The notes under the pieces were generated by a model. That model made no database searches and was not told the DNA's origin. It worked only from the letters and a program-made list of their open reading frames with translations. A stretch of 64,000 nucleotides of DNA from Catajapyx aquilonaris (Eukaryota): assembly GCA_000934665.2 (NCBI GenBank), contig KZ538335.1, forward strand, positions 62,001 to 126,000, in the 5' to 3' direction. Shown here piece after piece: positions 26,571 to 41,100 of the stretch. Position numbers and translations under genes: made by a program. Within the stretch, counting starts at the first letter, position 1; the number at the start of each line of letters is the position of its first letter.

Positions 26571-29500
26571 GTCCAAGTACATGCTCCACGAATTAGAGTT
26601 TATATCCAGGGGTACACAAAGGTGAATGCTGGAAATGAAAGGAAGAGGTGCTGGCGGGTGGGTGGGAATGGGAATGGGAATGGGGAGACTGTGGAGGTGG
26701 AGGGGAGGGGATGGAAAAGGGGGGGGTGGAGATCATGGAGGACGGCCACGGAAATGAAATTGGACTTCAAAGGTGAGTGGATCCTATTGACCCGTCGACG
26801 AGGATTTAATTTAAGGAGAGTATATATGGAGGAGCCAAGCAAGAGATGGCTATACCTTGGTACCCAACTCCATTACACTGCCCAATAATTGAGCAGGACC
26901 ATGGCCTATAAAACCCATCCACTAATTATGACCACATATAAAGTGAATCTCCTAGAAAACACCATGTAGCTAGAACATAACGTACTTAACACAGCAGGCA
27001 TAAACAGAGATAACAATAAAAATCCCAAAAGACAAAAAACTTGAAAAAAATAACGCGGAACGGCCACCTGTTAGGGGGCAAGCCCTATTTTTTTTTCTGT
27101 TGGCAGTTGGGAGCTGAGAAGAGGCGATAAATGGTCAAGAAACCCAAGGAAGGCTGATGACCATGGAAATTAATGACATGGGGATGAATCCCCCCCACCT
27201 CCTTCTTCCTACCCCCATGATTAATTCCGCTGGGGCCTCCAAGCTTTTCCACACTGCGACTAAGCAAGGTACAAATTTTCTCCTTCCTTTTTACTCCCCC
27301 TCCACCCCCCTACCTTTAAAAAAAATTCCTTTTGTGCAATTTATTCCCTCCCTCTGTGCATTTCCCTCCTTAATTTGTTTGCGGCCATGGTGCCATGCAT
27401 GATGCCCAATTAGTCGTGCGAATCCGCCTTTTTCGAACCTTATAAAAAAAAGTACAGGAGGGGGGGGGGGGGTGGAAAAAATTTCCCTTTTAAGATGGCC
27501 TCCATGGTGTGGGAAATTAATTGGCCCACATCTGTGAATGATTATGCAAAATTATTCCCACGACGCGCTCTGCTGGGTTATAGATTGTGTTTCTGAGGAT
27601 ACTCAAGCGTGGACGTCATAATTGCGTGCCAGTGAGTGTGAATGCGTAACGACATGATTTATTTCGCAGAAAAAAAATTGGGTACTTCCTTTTTTTCCCC
27701 CTCCAGAATTAAATATGAGTAAGCAGCCAACTGATCTGAATGTAAACTTTGCTCTAAAAACCTACAGAATAATTAATACTTTTAGCATAGACCTTTTAGC
27801 AAAGGAAGCCATTCGTTCCAGGGCAGTTGGCCTAATGTCGTTAAAAATGGATCCGGGTCAAATATGTGATTATGCGGGCGTAACATAGGAAATTTGTAAA
27901 AGAAATATTCCTCCCCTGCGCCTGGTCCAGTAGTCGGCACGTTGTGAAGAAAAAACAGGCCAATAGAATTCAGGGGGGAAAAAAATGTAATCAGAGTTAT
28001 GCGCTCGACTTGACATTTCCCAATGCGGAATAATTGATACACTGGAAAAAAAATCCTCTCAATTCCACTACATTTTTTTGCAACCAGCGCAAAAGTCTAC
28101 ACATAATATCCCATCATCCTCATTCAATCAGGATTGATTTCGCTTCACTTCTCTCCACCCCCCTCGATATGCAAATGTAATTTTACGAACAATTCTTCCA
28201 AATCCCTGCAAAACTGTTGGAGGGGGACAACGACCATAAGTTGTTTTTTTTCTTTTTTCTAAAAAAAAAAAGCGAACTTGTCGAAATGGGGGTCCATCTC
28301 TCTCCCTATTCATCGCATCCATCCGACTGCTCCGGCCCTCTCTCGACGCTCGCGAAAATCTCCTTTTTATATATATACTCCTACCCCGCGCCTTTTTCCC
28401 TACAGCGGACTCTCCTTTAAACTCGATTCACACAGTAGCTCGATCGCAATTTAAATTTTATTTAAATTTTTACCCAATATTTGCGATTTCAGTAATTTTC
28501 TCCACCAATAATAGCATTATTGCTCGATGGCCCTTACTTAGCCCAAAAAATGAGCCAGGTAGTCCGGATTTTCTGTCTTCACTAGTAACATGGACATACA
28601 TGTTCACATTTTGCTTTAATTTTTTCCGAATATATCTACAATTTTGCCAAATATATATTTCAAAATTACTGCGGAATAAACCACAGGTATGTGCTTGGAA
28701 TTGGTAACTGGAAGTCCCTTAACTGATCTAGGAAGCATAGAATGGAAGGTAGCAAAAGGGGTGGAGTGCGAATAAATAAAGAAATAAAGAAAAAGAAAAG
28801 CAAAGGGGGGAGCCAGGGATTCCCTTGAGGGAAGAAAGTGGGGGAAGGAGAGGGAGGGAGGCTGCTCTGGATTGCAGTGCTATGATTGGTGGAGAGCAAC
28901 ATGAGACATGGCTTCCATTTCCAAGAATTGTTTGGTATGGATTGCGCGCCCACCTTCTTTCTTACATTAGCCTCCTCCCTATGCCTCCCCTTTTCTGTCC
29001 CCCTCCTTCCCCCACTTCCACATATTTTTTTTTACTATACTCTAGAGATTCATTCCATATCGCTTCTTCCTCTATCAGCATTTGGATTTGTAGCCCAGGG
29101 AAATGTCGTTCTCGTATTTTTCATCCGCTTCCTCCACCCCCCAACGAATTACTATAGATAGGGCCTATTCAGTTTCCATGACACACTGCCAGGAAAAAAT
29201 GTTATATCTCCCGCTGCAGTTATTTTACTCTCATATTTCGCAACGAGTTTTCCGCAGTTTTTTCTGTGTGAGATGTTGATAAATGGATTTTCACATTGAG
29301 GCTCTTCACATAAGGTGCAGTTACATTAATGTGACACTTGCACTGTCATTTGTAAAAGTATTTGGACGTTGCAAAATTATTTTCGATAACAGTGTTGCTG
29401 ATGACGAATTGTGGGTACGGTGGGAGTTAATCTGATGAACGGTAATATAAAGAAAAAGGTGACCATGCTGTTACTGTAATGTCGTACTTTTCAGCCCTTC

Positions 29501-31171
29501 ACGATCGACAGTCCCTGAATTTCTTTTTACCTACAAGTTTGTTAGTTAGTTTTTCTTACGGGTGACATTGGCTGGATCTTTTGGTGATGCATTGTTAAAA
29601 TTCACCAAGCTCGCCAGTGTTATGTAAACTGCTTTCGTGGTGTTGCCTGTTTGGTTTATGGCTGTTTTGTAATATTATAATGTTCCTGTCGTACTGTTGA
29701 CAGTTTTATAGATGCTGCTTGGTTGTTGATGCTGACCTTATACATATGCTAATGTGAGAGTTGATCAAGTGGCAAACCTTAAATTAATACCCTCTAACGC
29801 CATCTATGTTAACACAATAACGAAATGGCCGGATGTTTTGACCCCTGTTATAGAAACAATACGGTTCCCCGTTCCTGTTGGTGCACGTGCCTTTCCATAT
29901 TCAACAAGTAGAAAAAGCTGTGGGGGTAAGCTTTTTCTCGCATATTCAAGTCTTTTTCTCCCCCGTTTTTCCAGAAGACAAATCTCCCTGGCCTTACTTT
30001 CCAGATGAGGGAGGCGAGGACTTCCAAATCCACGCTGCATTTGTTTTACTTTTGGAGGGGTCAGCATATTAGGGGGGGTGGAAATCCCGTTCATTTTAAT
30101 GCGACAAGGGACCATGGTGGGGGGGACGAGGGTCAATCCTGGATGATGTCATCATATCCCTGGCAAATCCTCCCTTGCTATTCTCTAAGCATCTTTGCCC
30201 AAATCATCCGCTTCGTCAACTTGGCCCTAACTTATCCCCAAATCCCTTGGAGAAAGAACGAAAAAAAAAGATTCCTCGACATAAGAATTTGACTAATATA
30301 TCCACCAGTTGAAACAAAAGGACAACGAGTGGCATGCAATTAAGAGTCGTGTCATTGGGCATCACTTTGTCCCATTGTTCCGTTTTTTTTCACTCTCTCT
30401 CTATATATATATTTCAAGAGTTGATGGGTTGTCGCCCTCCATTGCACCTATAAAGAAACATGATGAGGGGCTAGTGGGTGGGTGGGTGGATGAAGAGTGT
30501 AAGAATCCGCCTTGCCAACGACTTATTGTCATTTCTATAGTCAGCACAAAAGTCGCCAAGGGGACTTCCTGTCGCCCGGCTCACTAAATGGAGGGCAAAA
30601 ACCAATAGGAGTAAGCAGAAAAGGAGGGGAAATTATTGCAAACTAACGACCTCAGAGTTCATACCAATCTAAGCTGAAGACCTCGGATCAGCTGAAATCC
30701 CAGACATCTTTACTCAATTAGCTTGAAAAGTATTGAGGAAAATTGGACCCAACGGATATGAAAAGAACTCCCAACAATTCCGACGATATAATTGTTAGGA
30801 TATAATAAAATTTCTGACAGGTACTTGCATTATACACTGTATCAACCTTTTCACGTGATTCTTCTGCTGCATGCCCAAGGTTCAGGGTTATTGACAGCAA
30901 GAGAAGTAATATGAAGGGCCCTAGTCCTTGGGGAAATCACTCAGAGTTCCTGACTGACGGAAGCATAATAACCTCAGGAAATGCGTTGATATTACGACAC
31001 GTTAATTTGTACCCCTATGATTAATGGACATATCTCCGGTCTCTGCCATCATCAAGGTCGTTACAACCAGATGCCATTTGCAGTCATCGCCTGGCAGTTA
31101 GCATGATTGCCTATCCCGCCATTTGATTGGCCCCCCAAAAATATTGCAAAAAAGTGCATCACGATTACATG

Positions 31172-31264
31172 GTGCATATAATATTGGCGCCCAACGTGGG
31201 TTTTACAAATGGACGACATTTCGTCAAATTGTAAAACCCACGTTGGGCGCCAATATGATTGCAC
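31172..31264. repeat. ~93-bp hairpin-forming inverted repeat
   Basis: Perfect 28-bp arms ATATTGGCGCCCAACGTGGGTTTTACAA (31181-31208) and its reverse complement (31229-31256), extended by GACGA/TCGTC inside and GTGCA/TGCAC outside. Confidence 0.9.
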
Positions 31265-31993
31265 GAAAATTGTATATTTTGTCGACATATTAATTGGTGA
31301 GTTGTCCCTTAATTGCGGATTCACCCGGAGATGTACACACCCGGAGAGGTGGCAACGAGGGGAAAAGTCCGGAGCAATCGATCCTTGTCGAGGCAGCAGT
31401 GTGGGCCAATGACCAGGCTCCTAGCTCGGCTGCCATTTCGGTTATTTGATGAGCCCCGGACCTTGGCTCCACCTGGGAATTGCCTCCTTTTCCAGGGGGT
31501 GGGTGGGGAAGATGCAGCATCCACTTGGCTACCGGGTACTGCCAACTTGCTAAGCTATGTCCCCATCCACTGGATTTCTCTACAAGATATGGACAGCGTA
31601 ACGAATGAGCTCAATGGAGGGTCCAGTCCGCTGCTAAATCATTTAATTGGAATGTACTCAACACCGCGTATCTAGGGATATAAACTCTGCTGTTAATTAG
31701 TTAACGGATAGTAAACGTGTCGAGACAATTTTAATGCTATGGCGACAAGTTCTTTTTAAGATGGACCTTGTCGTGACAGATTCGACTCGTTAATAACCAG
31801 TCCAGAAATTCCGGTGCTGACAGGGTGTAACAGTATTAAGGGGTAGCCAGCAGAATGACGGTAGATGTCTCTGCCTCTGTCTACTGCCAATACAATAAAC
31901 CTGTTGGAGGTTTGCAATTTTTTAAAATTCATATTGATATCGATATTTTTTATATAAAAAAGTAGCACTCGCTCAACCTAAAGAGCGTATGAT

Positions 31994-32518
31994 ATTTGCA
32001 TCACCCTGTAGGGTGGAACGAAAACAAACCGACACTGGTTATGCAAATGTCCAACTGATTGGAAGTTCTCAAATGAACGACTACTCGCCACTGCCTTGCA
32101 GAATCGGCGAATGAATGATTTGTACAGTCAGGGTCATCACTCACTGACACGACTCCTCCTGGATTCCGCCACCCCTCCTCATGCAAAACAGGTCCTAATT
32201 TGCATATCCAAACAACCTTGGCGGCTTGTGCGTGAGCTTTACCTGACCCCACCGTTTATGACTTTCCCATTCCTGTTTGCTCCTTTTCATCCCTCGCCGC
32301 CAAAAACTGGAACTTGCACCATTCACGCCATAAAGTCTCTCAGACAATAAAAATTCTACATATCTTCAGGGCAAAATTTTTTATATACCTCCTATGCATG
32401 TATACCGCTGGCCGGATCCGACTTCATTAGCATAGGAGGCCGTTTGTTAAAGATCACGACAAGTTTTTTTTTGCAAATGTGAGTCATTGCAAATTTCGCG
32501 CTGAATTGCAATTAGCAT
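31994..32518. promoter_or_regulatory. Candidate enhancer: cluster of POU-type octamer sites
   Basis: ATGCAAAT (either strand) at 31994, 32041 and 32198; ATTAGCAT (ATGCTAAT variant) at 32426 and 32511; TGAGTCA at 32480-32486. Confidence 0.35.
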
Positions 32519-33825
32519 AACTTGGTTAGAATTTTCACCACATTTTTGCAATTTCAAACTGAAATGAATGCTCAGTCCAACTATATATAGTCTGGCCATA
32601 TATAGCAGCAGTATCGTACATGGGTCAGCGTCTGGGGCAAAGATTGCAGATATTTATCAGAGAGAAGCGGAGAGAAAAGGGAATGAGTCGGTCATTGGAG
32701 GCGAGACGGGCTTTCCATACCAAGAGGCGGAGATTGGTCATAAGTCCGATAGGGAATGAGCGTCTGCCGTCCATTTCCAATATAAATGAGCAATGGGAGG
32801 AGGAGGAGGAAGAAAAAGAGGAAGCTTTAATGCCGCCTTGGCCATTCCGCTCCTGTTGCCCCCGCCTTCATTAACCTTATTACGGCCTCCTAATAAATTG
32901 CCGCGCCAGATTTCCCACTTGCACTACATAACCACCTAGACTCCAAGCAGTTCCGGGCTCTTCCGGGAGAAATTCGCTTCCCCAAGACCCTGAGAAATTT
33001 CTTTCGCGATGAGAGAACTACCAGGTGATTTATTTATCCGGGCTTCTGATGCTACTGGTGTATCCGCAGAAGACGAACATTTCCAACGATATCTGCTAAT
33101 TTCTCCCCCTGAATTCCCGTTTTCTAAGGAATCAAGAGAGCGTACATATACTGGTCATAAAGGTCGTCCTTTCCAGATACTCGTTATATGACATACCCCG
33201 GTCCAGGAAGGAAGGAAGGAAGGAAGGAAAAAGAAAAGGTCTTCTTCCGCTGCCAGCGGCAGGAGGCAGAGGAAACGCCGCCATTGACTTGGGAAAACGA
33301 GGCTAAGTTGGTCCGAGGAGGAGTTTCCAAGATATGAGCTGGTTATTACGGGCGCAGTTGCCAAATGGTTCCACCCACCACCCACTGCACACACACAAAA
33401 AAAAAAGGAAAGAAAAAGGAGAAAAAGAGCCGCTGCTCCTGGAAATCGAATTAGGATCGCTCCCAAGTCCTCCAGATGCATTCGCCATACCAACTCCACC
33501 TCATAATTATCATTATATTCCCACGCAACCCGCCGGGGAACCTTCTCCTAACGTGCCCGGAATTTCATAACCAGCATCTTTTCGCCCGCTAAGACGAAAG
33601 TCTGAGGGAAAAAAAAAGAAGAGGAGGGAAAGGAAAAATTTATTAATGCAACTACTGCAGCGACATACTTGGGGGGAAACGACCAAAGAAATCTAAGCAG
33701 AGATGGTAGGAATTGGGGGGAGATAATCACGCTACTTCTGATATGGCCAGAGCTAATCGTCTACTTGAGGGGGACATACTGGACTTCCATCCCAAAATGT
33801 ACATGCTGGGCATGAATTCCGTGAG

Positions 33826-33889
33826 GGAGTGACCAGACCTAAGTATTCTAAGGCCATGTGGCCTTAGAATACTTAGGTCTGGTCACTCC
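33826..33889. repeat. 64-bp perfect palindrome
   Basis: GGAGTGACCAGACCTAAGTATTCTAAGGCCA-tg-TGGCCTTAGAATACTTAGGTCTGGTCACTCC has 31-bp perfect arms and a 2-nt loop. Confidence 0.95.
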
Positions 33890-33939
33890 TTCTTATCGCC
33901 TGACGAGCGGGAAGTGCTCACTTGAGAGCGCCAGTAGTG

Positions 33940-34074
33940 CGAGCCGTGCGAGTAAGAAATGGTAGCCCTTGGGTGACGTCACTGGCTGGCCTACCTCTTC
34001 TTACTCGCACGTCTCACACATTCGATTTGCACTTCTGCCGCATCAGAAAGTGTCGCAATTAATGTGCAACACTA
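33940..34074 (+). mobile_element. MITE family A (CAGTGTTGGACATTAATCG TIR), truncated and internally deleted copy
   Basis: GAGCCGTGCGAGTAAGAAATGGTAGCCCTTGGGTGACGTCACTGGCTG matches the copies at 52.7 and 57.9 kb. It ends ATTAATGTGCAACACTA|TA. Confidence 0.8.
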
Positions 34075-37000
34075 TAGTAAAACCAAACCCTAACAGTTTG
34101 CTAAATCATACGAAACATATGATTTCAAAATGTGTCCAGCCATTTTCTTGCAAAGGGCGGTCATTCCCTTTCAGAAAAACGGTCGGTGGTGGGTAATGTA
34201 TCATTAGGTTCTCCTCAGATGTAAAACCCCATTCATAAATAAAAATCCTGGCCTGTGCTTCACTTGAAAAGCTCTCGCTCAAATTGCAGGCTGCCACATT
34301 TCGAGGGCCTCTCTAGTTCCAGGAATCCAACGGTTTTTCGGCTCCCCGGCTACTCTGGCATGCAAATTGCTCCGACACGAGTTGCCTTCCCACTTAAAAT
34401 ACCCAAAATGAGCAGGTGAAACTTGCCTTACAAGCTATAACTCACACGCACTTCTGACCGCCCGCCTTTTTTGGTTCTAAATACTGCAAGCAAAATTTTA
34501 AAGCTTCATTTCCTAGAATTTTGTTCATATATAAGTTACACACAAGATTGATTTTGAAAAGTACCCACCATGTGTATAGCAAGCTGCAAATATTCTCTCA
34601 AACTGATTCTCCTGTTGATCCACATTTCTAAGATGCATCCAAGTTGAAGCCAAGAATCAACAGCGTAGGCAACTCGTTATAAGGTTTACTTCTTTATTTG
34701 GTTTTGGGCCTGCGAAACGTGGTGAGAAAGCCCAATGGCAGATTTGCGCCTTTTTCCTTCCATTCTCAAGCCCACTGGCTAAATATTAACCCAGCACATC
34801 ACTATCTCTTTTCCAACCTCCCCACTTTTTCCATCCTCCCCCAACCACTTTTCATCCATGTTTATCCTGCGCCCCCCATAATTGCAAACATCAGGCTGTT
34901 ATATAAACTGGTAAACCTATATAGGAGTCGCTATATATTTTTTAAAATCTGGCGCTGCGAACTGCGCAGAAACACGGTGCGCGGAAGCACATTTGGGAAG
35001 ATTTAAGCTGCTTATTTCCAAGACAACAATGAATTGTCGATTCCCTGTAATAAGACAGTAATAAACTTGGGAGGCCACAATTGAAAACGCATTTACTTAT
35101 ATGGCATGAATTAGTCGGAGGAAGAATCGTGATTAGGCTCATTAGTGGGGGGCGCAAAGCAAACGAGGTAATAATGAAGGTGTTGGTTTGGGTGGTTGCT
35201 TAGCATGCTCTGGACTCCTCTTTTCCCTGCCTCGGTACAAATTAAAAGCTCGTTTGTTTTGAAGGCAAGTTAGGGTCAAGGACACGTGCTGAACTTCCAA
35301 ACCCCTTTATTATTTTTTTGAGAATTCCTCACTTGTTTTTTTTGTGGCCAACGGCTGGCAAATTAGCGCCGGGCACGCACATTAAGGCCCGCTTCAATCA
35401 ATTGTCATTCAAGACTTCCTTCTGCCTAAGCGCAATTAGCCCTTACTTGCAAAACGTGAGAATAACCACGCCATTTGCATTTTTTTTTACAAATGTTGCT
35501 CGAGGTGATTTGCACTAGGGCTAATTACTGCACACGTAAGATGTACAGATGAATTTTATAATATCAACAAGGACCTCCACTCCAAAATAAACTCCCCACT
35601 CGATCACCAATATTCCTTCGGGACATGCCCTATTGTTACACCCAATTCCATACAGAGTGACCCACTTTCCAAAGTTGCCTTTAGAAATTTTTCTTGCTCT
35701 CTTCAAACACGGCTTCTACACTGTAAACCGATACATGCCTCCCAATAAAAAAAAAGTTTGGCCCCTCTGAATGCTCCAGGGCAACCCCTGCACCTGACGT
35801 ATTTCTCCAGTTTTATTCAATTCCAAATAAAAAAAATGTTGGCCAAAAAAAAAAATGCTACCGTTCCAATTAATAACTAGCCAACCAGGTTCATGACATA
35901 TCTCCAGTCCGCAGTGCACGACACCCTTCCAAATAAATAATATCCATGGTTAAAAAAACCGGGTTGGACCTCCCATGACGGCGCAATATAAAAGGCGTGG
36001 ATCGACAGGGGCGGATACACAAAAGAATAAGGTTCATGCCGCAGAAAAACGAAAGTCAGGAGGCAACACAAAAGACCGCCTGAATGCAAATGACTCCTGC
36101 TCATGAATACTAATCTGGACTAATTTACTAGGTTGCCCCAGCTTCTTTTACTCCCCGCCAACATCATAAATCTAAGGCCGTCTTCATGCTAATTATCTAC
36201 CTGCTTCTATCTATATCGCCCAACCCCTATGTTTTTTTTCGTAGGATTTCATGACCAGTTGTGTGGCCAAAAATCTGCATCGTAAAGATGCGGAGAACAA
36301 AGAAAACTCATCTGAATTTTTAAGGAGGGTGTTAAACCTAGTATTTCTTGGTGTTGCATTTCGCTAGTGGTGAAAACTTTTGCATAAACTTTTAATAAGG
36401 CAAACCCAGATTTTAAAATGAATTTTGGTGTTTTTTGCTTGAAGAAATGCGTATTACTTTTCGAGCTATGATCGATCAAAGGTCCCATTTAAAATAGGCC
36501 TAATCTGCCAAGAATGGACAGTCATTTTAAGGGGTTTCCTTATGGGTAAACACATCGCGATTTTTCGAAAGTAACCACTAGCAATAACAGCAAGGATCAA
36601 AAAAAATGGCCATCTTCCCAGCAGCATCTATGGCTCCATAGGGCGGCGCCTGTAGGCGTATATAGTTCTCCCCTTCTCCAGCAACCCCTGACCCCCTTGA
36701 GCAAATGATTGAAAATTGAGTGGAGGATAAAACGCAGGCCGGAGTACAAACAGCGGCGGAGTTTGTGGTGCGCTTTGGTGGCAAGTGGCAGCTCCCAGCA
36801 GGGCAAATAAAAAGACTGACCACCACCACGTTCCTCCCGTCTCCTTATTTCCAGCAGCCTTACAAAACCAATTTTGTTTTACAAGCAAACTTGTGCCCTC
36901 TAAGAGTCAATAAAGGCGACTTGTAAGTTGGGCCGACCTACGACGCCCCCTTCTTTTTATAACTAAAGCCCAACTTTGGACCAGGGCCGGAGATAGGTTC

Positions 37001-40000
37001 AGATTCCCCAAATCAAACTTCCTCTTCTTTTTTTCTCTCTCTTCTTTCCTTTTTTTTTTTTGGAGGTGGGATGGGGGAGGTTTAGACCTCTTTCGAAGCT
37101 CGGTTTCAAACGCGGTGTTGCTTCGACTTCATATTCCGGCCGGATAGGTGAAATGTAACAATCTGCGACAAACATGGTGTTGGATTCCATGGTCACTTCG
37201 CGCTGGAAACGTATTTCACAACGTATGTCCCCTTGTTCCCGATGCAAATCAATATGGAGGCCTCGACGTATACCCCAGGGTGATCATTAGGGGTAGTTTT
37301 TAACGGGGAAGGTTTTTAGCACATTGGACTTGACCTCCGAGATCATCCTAGGCCGCAGGAGGCGAAAAATCAGGAAACCCGGATGCACCATCAGAGAATA
37401 ATTTCAAGCCGCAAATTTCGAAATGGAACTCAGCTTCAAAAGAAGTAGCTGATGTGTGAACAAACTATTTTGATGTGCAGCTTGTTCCCACAGCTACACA
37501 AAAAGTAAGCCAGAGCAACTTTTTACATATGACAAACACGGTAAATGACTAAGTGCGTAAGTATAACTCGCAGTAATTTAGAGCGTATCGTGACCAAAAT
37601 TGTGTTGCATTTCTGAACGAATTATTGCTCGAAATGATTGCAAAATATCACAGCACAGCTTCCTTTGGCAGTATGCTGTATGCTGCCTCCAAAATTTATA
37701 GCCCTGTTCTAGTGTAGAAGTCAGTTCTTTTGTTATTCAAATGCTTGTTTATGCGGTACAAGGTAATCAGTTTAACACACGCAGGTCGTCTTTCTACTTT
37801 TTGCATGTGACAATATAAATACTGTCATGATCATAAAACTTGCTCGACCGGCACTACACAATGGCTGCTCATCATATAGTCATCAGTGAGACTACCGTTA
37901 GTTATAGTAATTAGTCGTGCTGAGCAATCAAGCCCACAACGTGTGGGTTGCAGCAGTTCCAGGAGTTCACATGTAAAAACAGCCCAAATTACAAGGAAAA
38001 ATTGCAGTAAAAACTACCCCGAAATTACGTGAAAACATTGCAAAATTCAGCCTTTGTTCAAAACCTGGACATCCCCCAGATTTTCCAAAGAAGACTGCAA
38101 CAAGAAGTCTGGGGATATATGAGGAGCCCCAGGGAAGAATGCAAACAGTCCAGCAGACTCTGAAGCTAACTTCAATTCCCCGCAATTAGGTTATGTGGCC
38201 CGGAAAGAAAAATAGACGTGGGGGAAGGAATAGCACTGGCAGGCATATTCAATATCCACTGGGCCTCTTTTGGCCCTCAAGGTGCCTCCCCAAAAGCTCA
38301 CCTATCGATCCCTCCCCCAAAACCGAAAGCAGCCCCCCCCCCCCCCACCACAAACCAACCTTATACTCTCACCCTATACAAATTGGACATCATATATACA
38401 NCACCTACACAAAAAATGAGGCACGTGCTGGCGATATGCACCGCCTGTGGATCAGGCGACAACTGTCTCTTGGGGGAGCCTCACCTTTTTTTTCTGGTGC
38501 CCTAACCCTTTTTTCCCCCCCTTCTGCCTACCTGTCTTCGTCCACGTGCCAGCCCCCTTTTTTTTAAACCCCCCCAAAAAAGAGACCGGTTCCTAGAGTC
38601 CACCCCCTGCCATCACTCTTTCAGGAAATGTTATCGGCCATATTTTTTGGTCGATATGGCCGCAATATTGGTGCAAATTCTCCATTCTGAGCCATCTGAG
38701 TTTTCAATTTTCCCAGGCGTCCTTTTCCTCCATTCCTTTTTTCCATGTAAGGCACAAGATGTATTGCTCCCTACCCCCCCCCCCCCAACCATATACTCCC
38801 CCCCTCCTCTCTCCCTCAATCCTCTTCCCAATCATCATATTAAGCTCGTAGCGGGCTCTCGTCAGGCCAGCCCAATAAAGGTTATGGATGTGCATTTATT
38901 TCCGTCCTTCTTTTCCAGAAGAGCCCTGGGAGGAGATGGGGGGGAAAGAGATGGGAGGCTGGAGAGCACATTCAGGGATGTCCAAAATCATAATGTGCCT
39001 ATATAATAAATACACACACGCACACACAGAAAATTCCTAACAAATATTAACACCTCTATATAATTTACATGTGTCGTGGAATCGGTGTCGCATTGCCGAT
39101 ATCCAGGTTTTATTTCCCGGTTCTGCACTGGCTATAACACCGTGTTATATCCCACTACGTCAAACCATTTGGCTCGCAAATAAAGGCCGGAAAAAACAAC
39201 ATGGCGCCACATTTGCAGGGCCAGACGCCCTATTTTATGTGATGGTTCCGATCTCTGATTTTCTTTTCCTCCCCACCCTTACATGTCACTAATCAGGCTC
39301 GTTATAAACTTAATGATCATTATTGACGTCCGCTCCTCAGCCATCTCCCCTCCTTTTAGGGCCATTTCCATGGGGGAATAAACGGCTTGGCGGAATTAAC
39401 CCAAAAGTTTCCTTTTCTGATCCCTTCAGAATTCGGGATTCAGCTAGATCCCTACTGCGCAAACCCTCGTCTCTTTTCTAACAGGCCGAAGGCTAAGAAA
39501 AAAAATAGGAAAGAGGGAAAAAGTAGTAGAGGAAAAGTTACTTACTGGGTCCTAAGTCTTCGATGCGAACTAAATCTCCCTGAGCGTTGCATGAGGTCTC
39601 GAAGTGCGCGTGGATGAAACGCGTCTCGTTGTTGCATTGCTTTAAGGCCTGGAAAAAAATATATATTGGGACACGATTAAAAACAGTGTATGGCATATGA
39701 CATAATATGTGAAAACCATATTTAGGGGGATGCAAAATAAATTCGGTCAAAACTTGCTGTGGTTCCCAATAATTTTTAGTGCGAATATACACGATGATAT
39801 CATAATTAAAAATTAAATTCCAGGTGTCTAATATGTCGGATTTGAAATTCACAATTTTGCGAAGTGTGAGATGGTCAAAGGAACTGCACTATTTTTTATA
39901 TAATTTTTACTTCACTAATATATTGTTGATGCCCAATTTCATAGGTGTATATTATTAAATTTGTAGCAATAAATATATTCTGACATCATTTGCTACAACC

Positions 40001-41100
40001 TCCAGTGCGGAAATTATTAGCCTTTATTACCTTGCACTTTGTTCCATCTATAGTCATCAAATTACATCTCCCTCATGACTCCCCAACAATAGATCGCACT
40101 TAAAAAATAATAAATTGCATCCGACTGGTTAAGTGCCATGGGTGTGTCCTCCCTTTTCAAGTGAGGCTGATCAGGTAAACGTAATCCTCCGTCAATCTGA
40201 TTGGCCCAAGTGGCAGGTGGTCTTTGACAAATGAATCTCCAGCTAGTGTCAAGTTGTCCCCCCCTTCCACTGAATGCCACCGAAAAAAAAAGGTATAAGG
40301 AACCTTCTTTTTAAAACTAATTGCAAGCAGATTGGTTACAACCCCCCTAAGACCATCAGAAGAGGATTATAAGAACGATGGTACAGGGGGTTAAATAATT
40401 GGATTTCCCACCCGCACTTGCCCTTTTTAGGCCTCTTAAGGTCCAACCCCACTAATTGCCATCCCAAAAAATGTTCAGGACTATAGAAAAGAGGGGGTAG
40501 GCCCCCCTCTTTTTGGTGAAAAAAAAATCAAACCCATTTCCACTTGACTAGAAAAATCCAGAGGGGGCTGGAGGTTCCTTCCTTTTTAAAAAAATGTGGG
40601 GAGTCGTTCGAGGTCCATTTGAAATTCTAAGCTCGGATCTCCTTTCCTCGGGATTTGAATTCTCCTGGAAAAAGATGAGCCCACGTTCCCCGTCGCGGGA
40701 ATTTGTTGCCTTCTCTTTATTCCTCCAAATTCTTCCCTGGCGAATTCTTCCGCATTTGTAACCAGCGAGATAAATCCTGCTGACTATAAGCGTTTTTCCC
40801 CACTCTATTTACACCGATTTTTTTTTCCTTCTTTCTAAATTTACGTAAAACATTTTACTTGGATGCATCTTGAGACTATATGAAGGGGGCGACCTGATGC
40901 GAGGCTATAGCTATAGAATAGGAATTGTGCACGGAATGGTTGAGCAGTGGGTGGGGTGGGGAGAAGATGCTGGTGCGGGCTCATTATGATGGAGGCTTCA
41001 GGATGCAGGCTCCAGATCAATACGTGAGGGGGTTGCCAGGAGAGAAGTACGGTGGTAGGGGGTGGAGGAAACGGGGAGGAATGGGAAGGGGGGGGGGGGG

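Noticed and set aside
27508..27562. Inverted Su(H)/CSL sites TGTGGGAA and TTCCCACG
   Set aside because: The 39-bp spacing is not the 15-17 bp paired-site geometry, and about ten YGTGRGAA sites in the window is near chance expectation.
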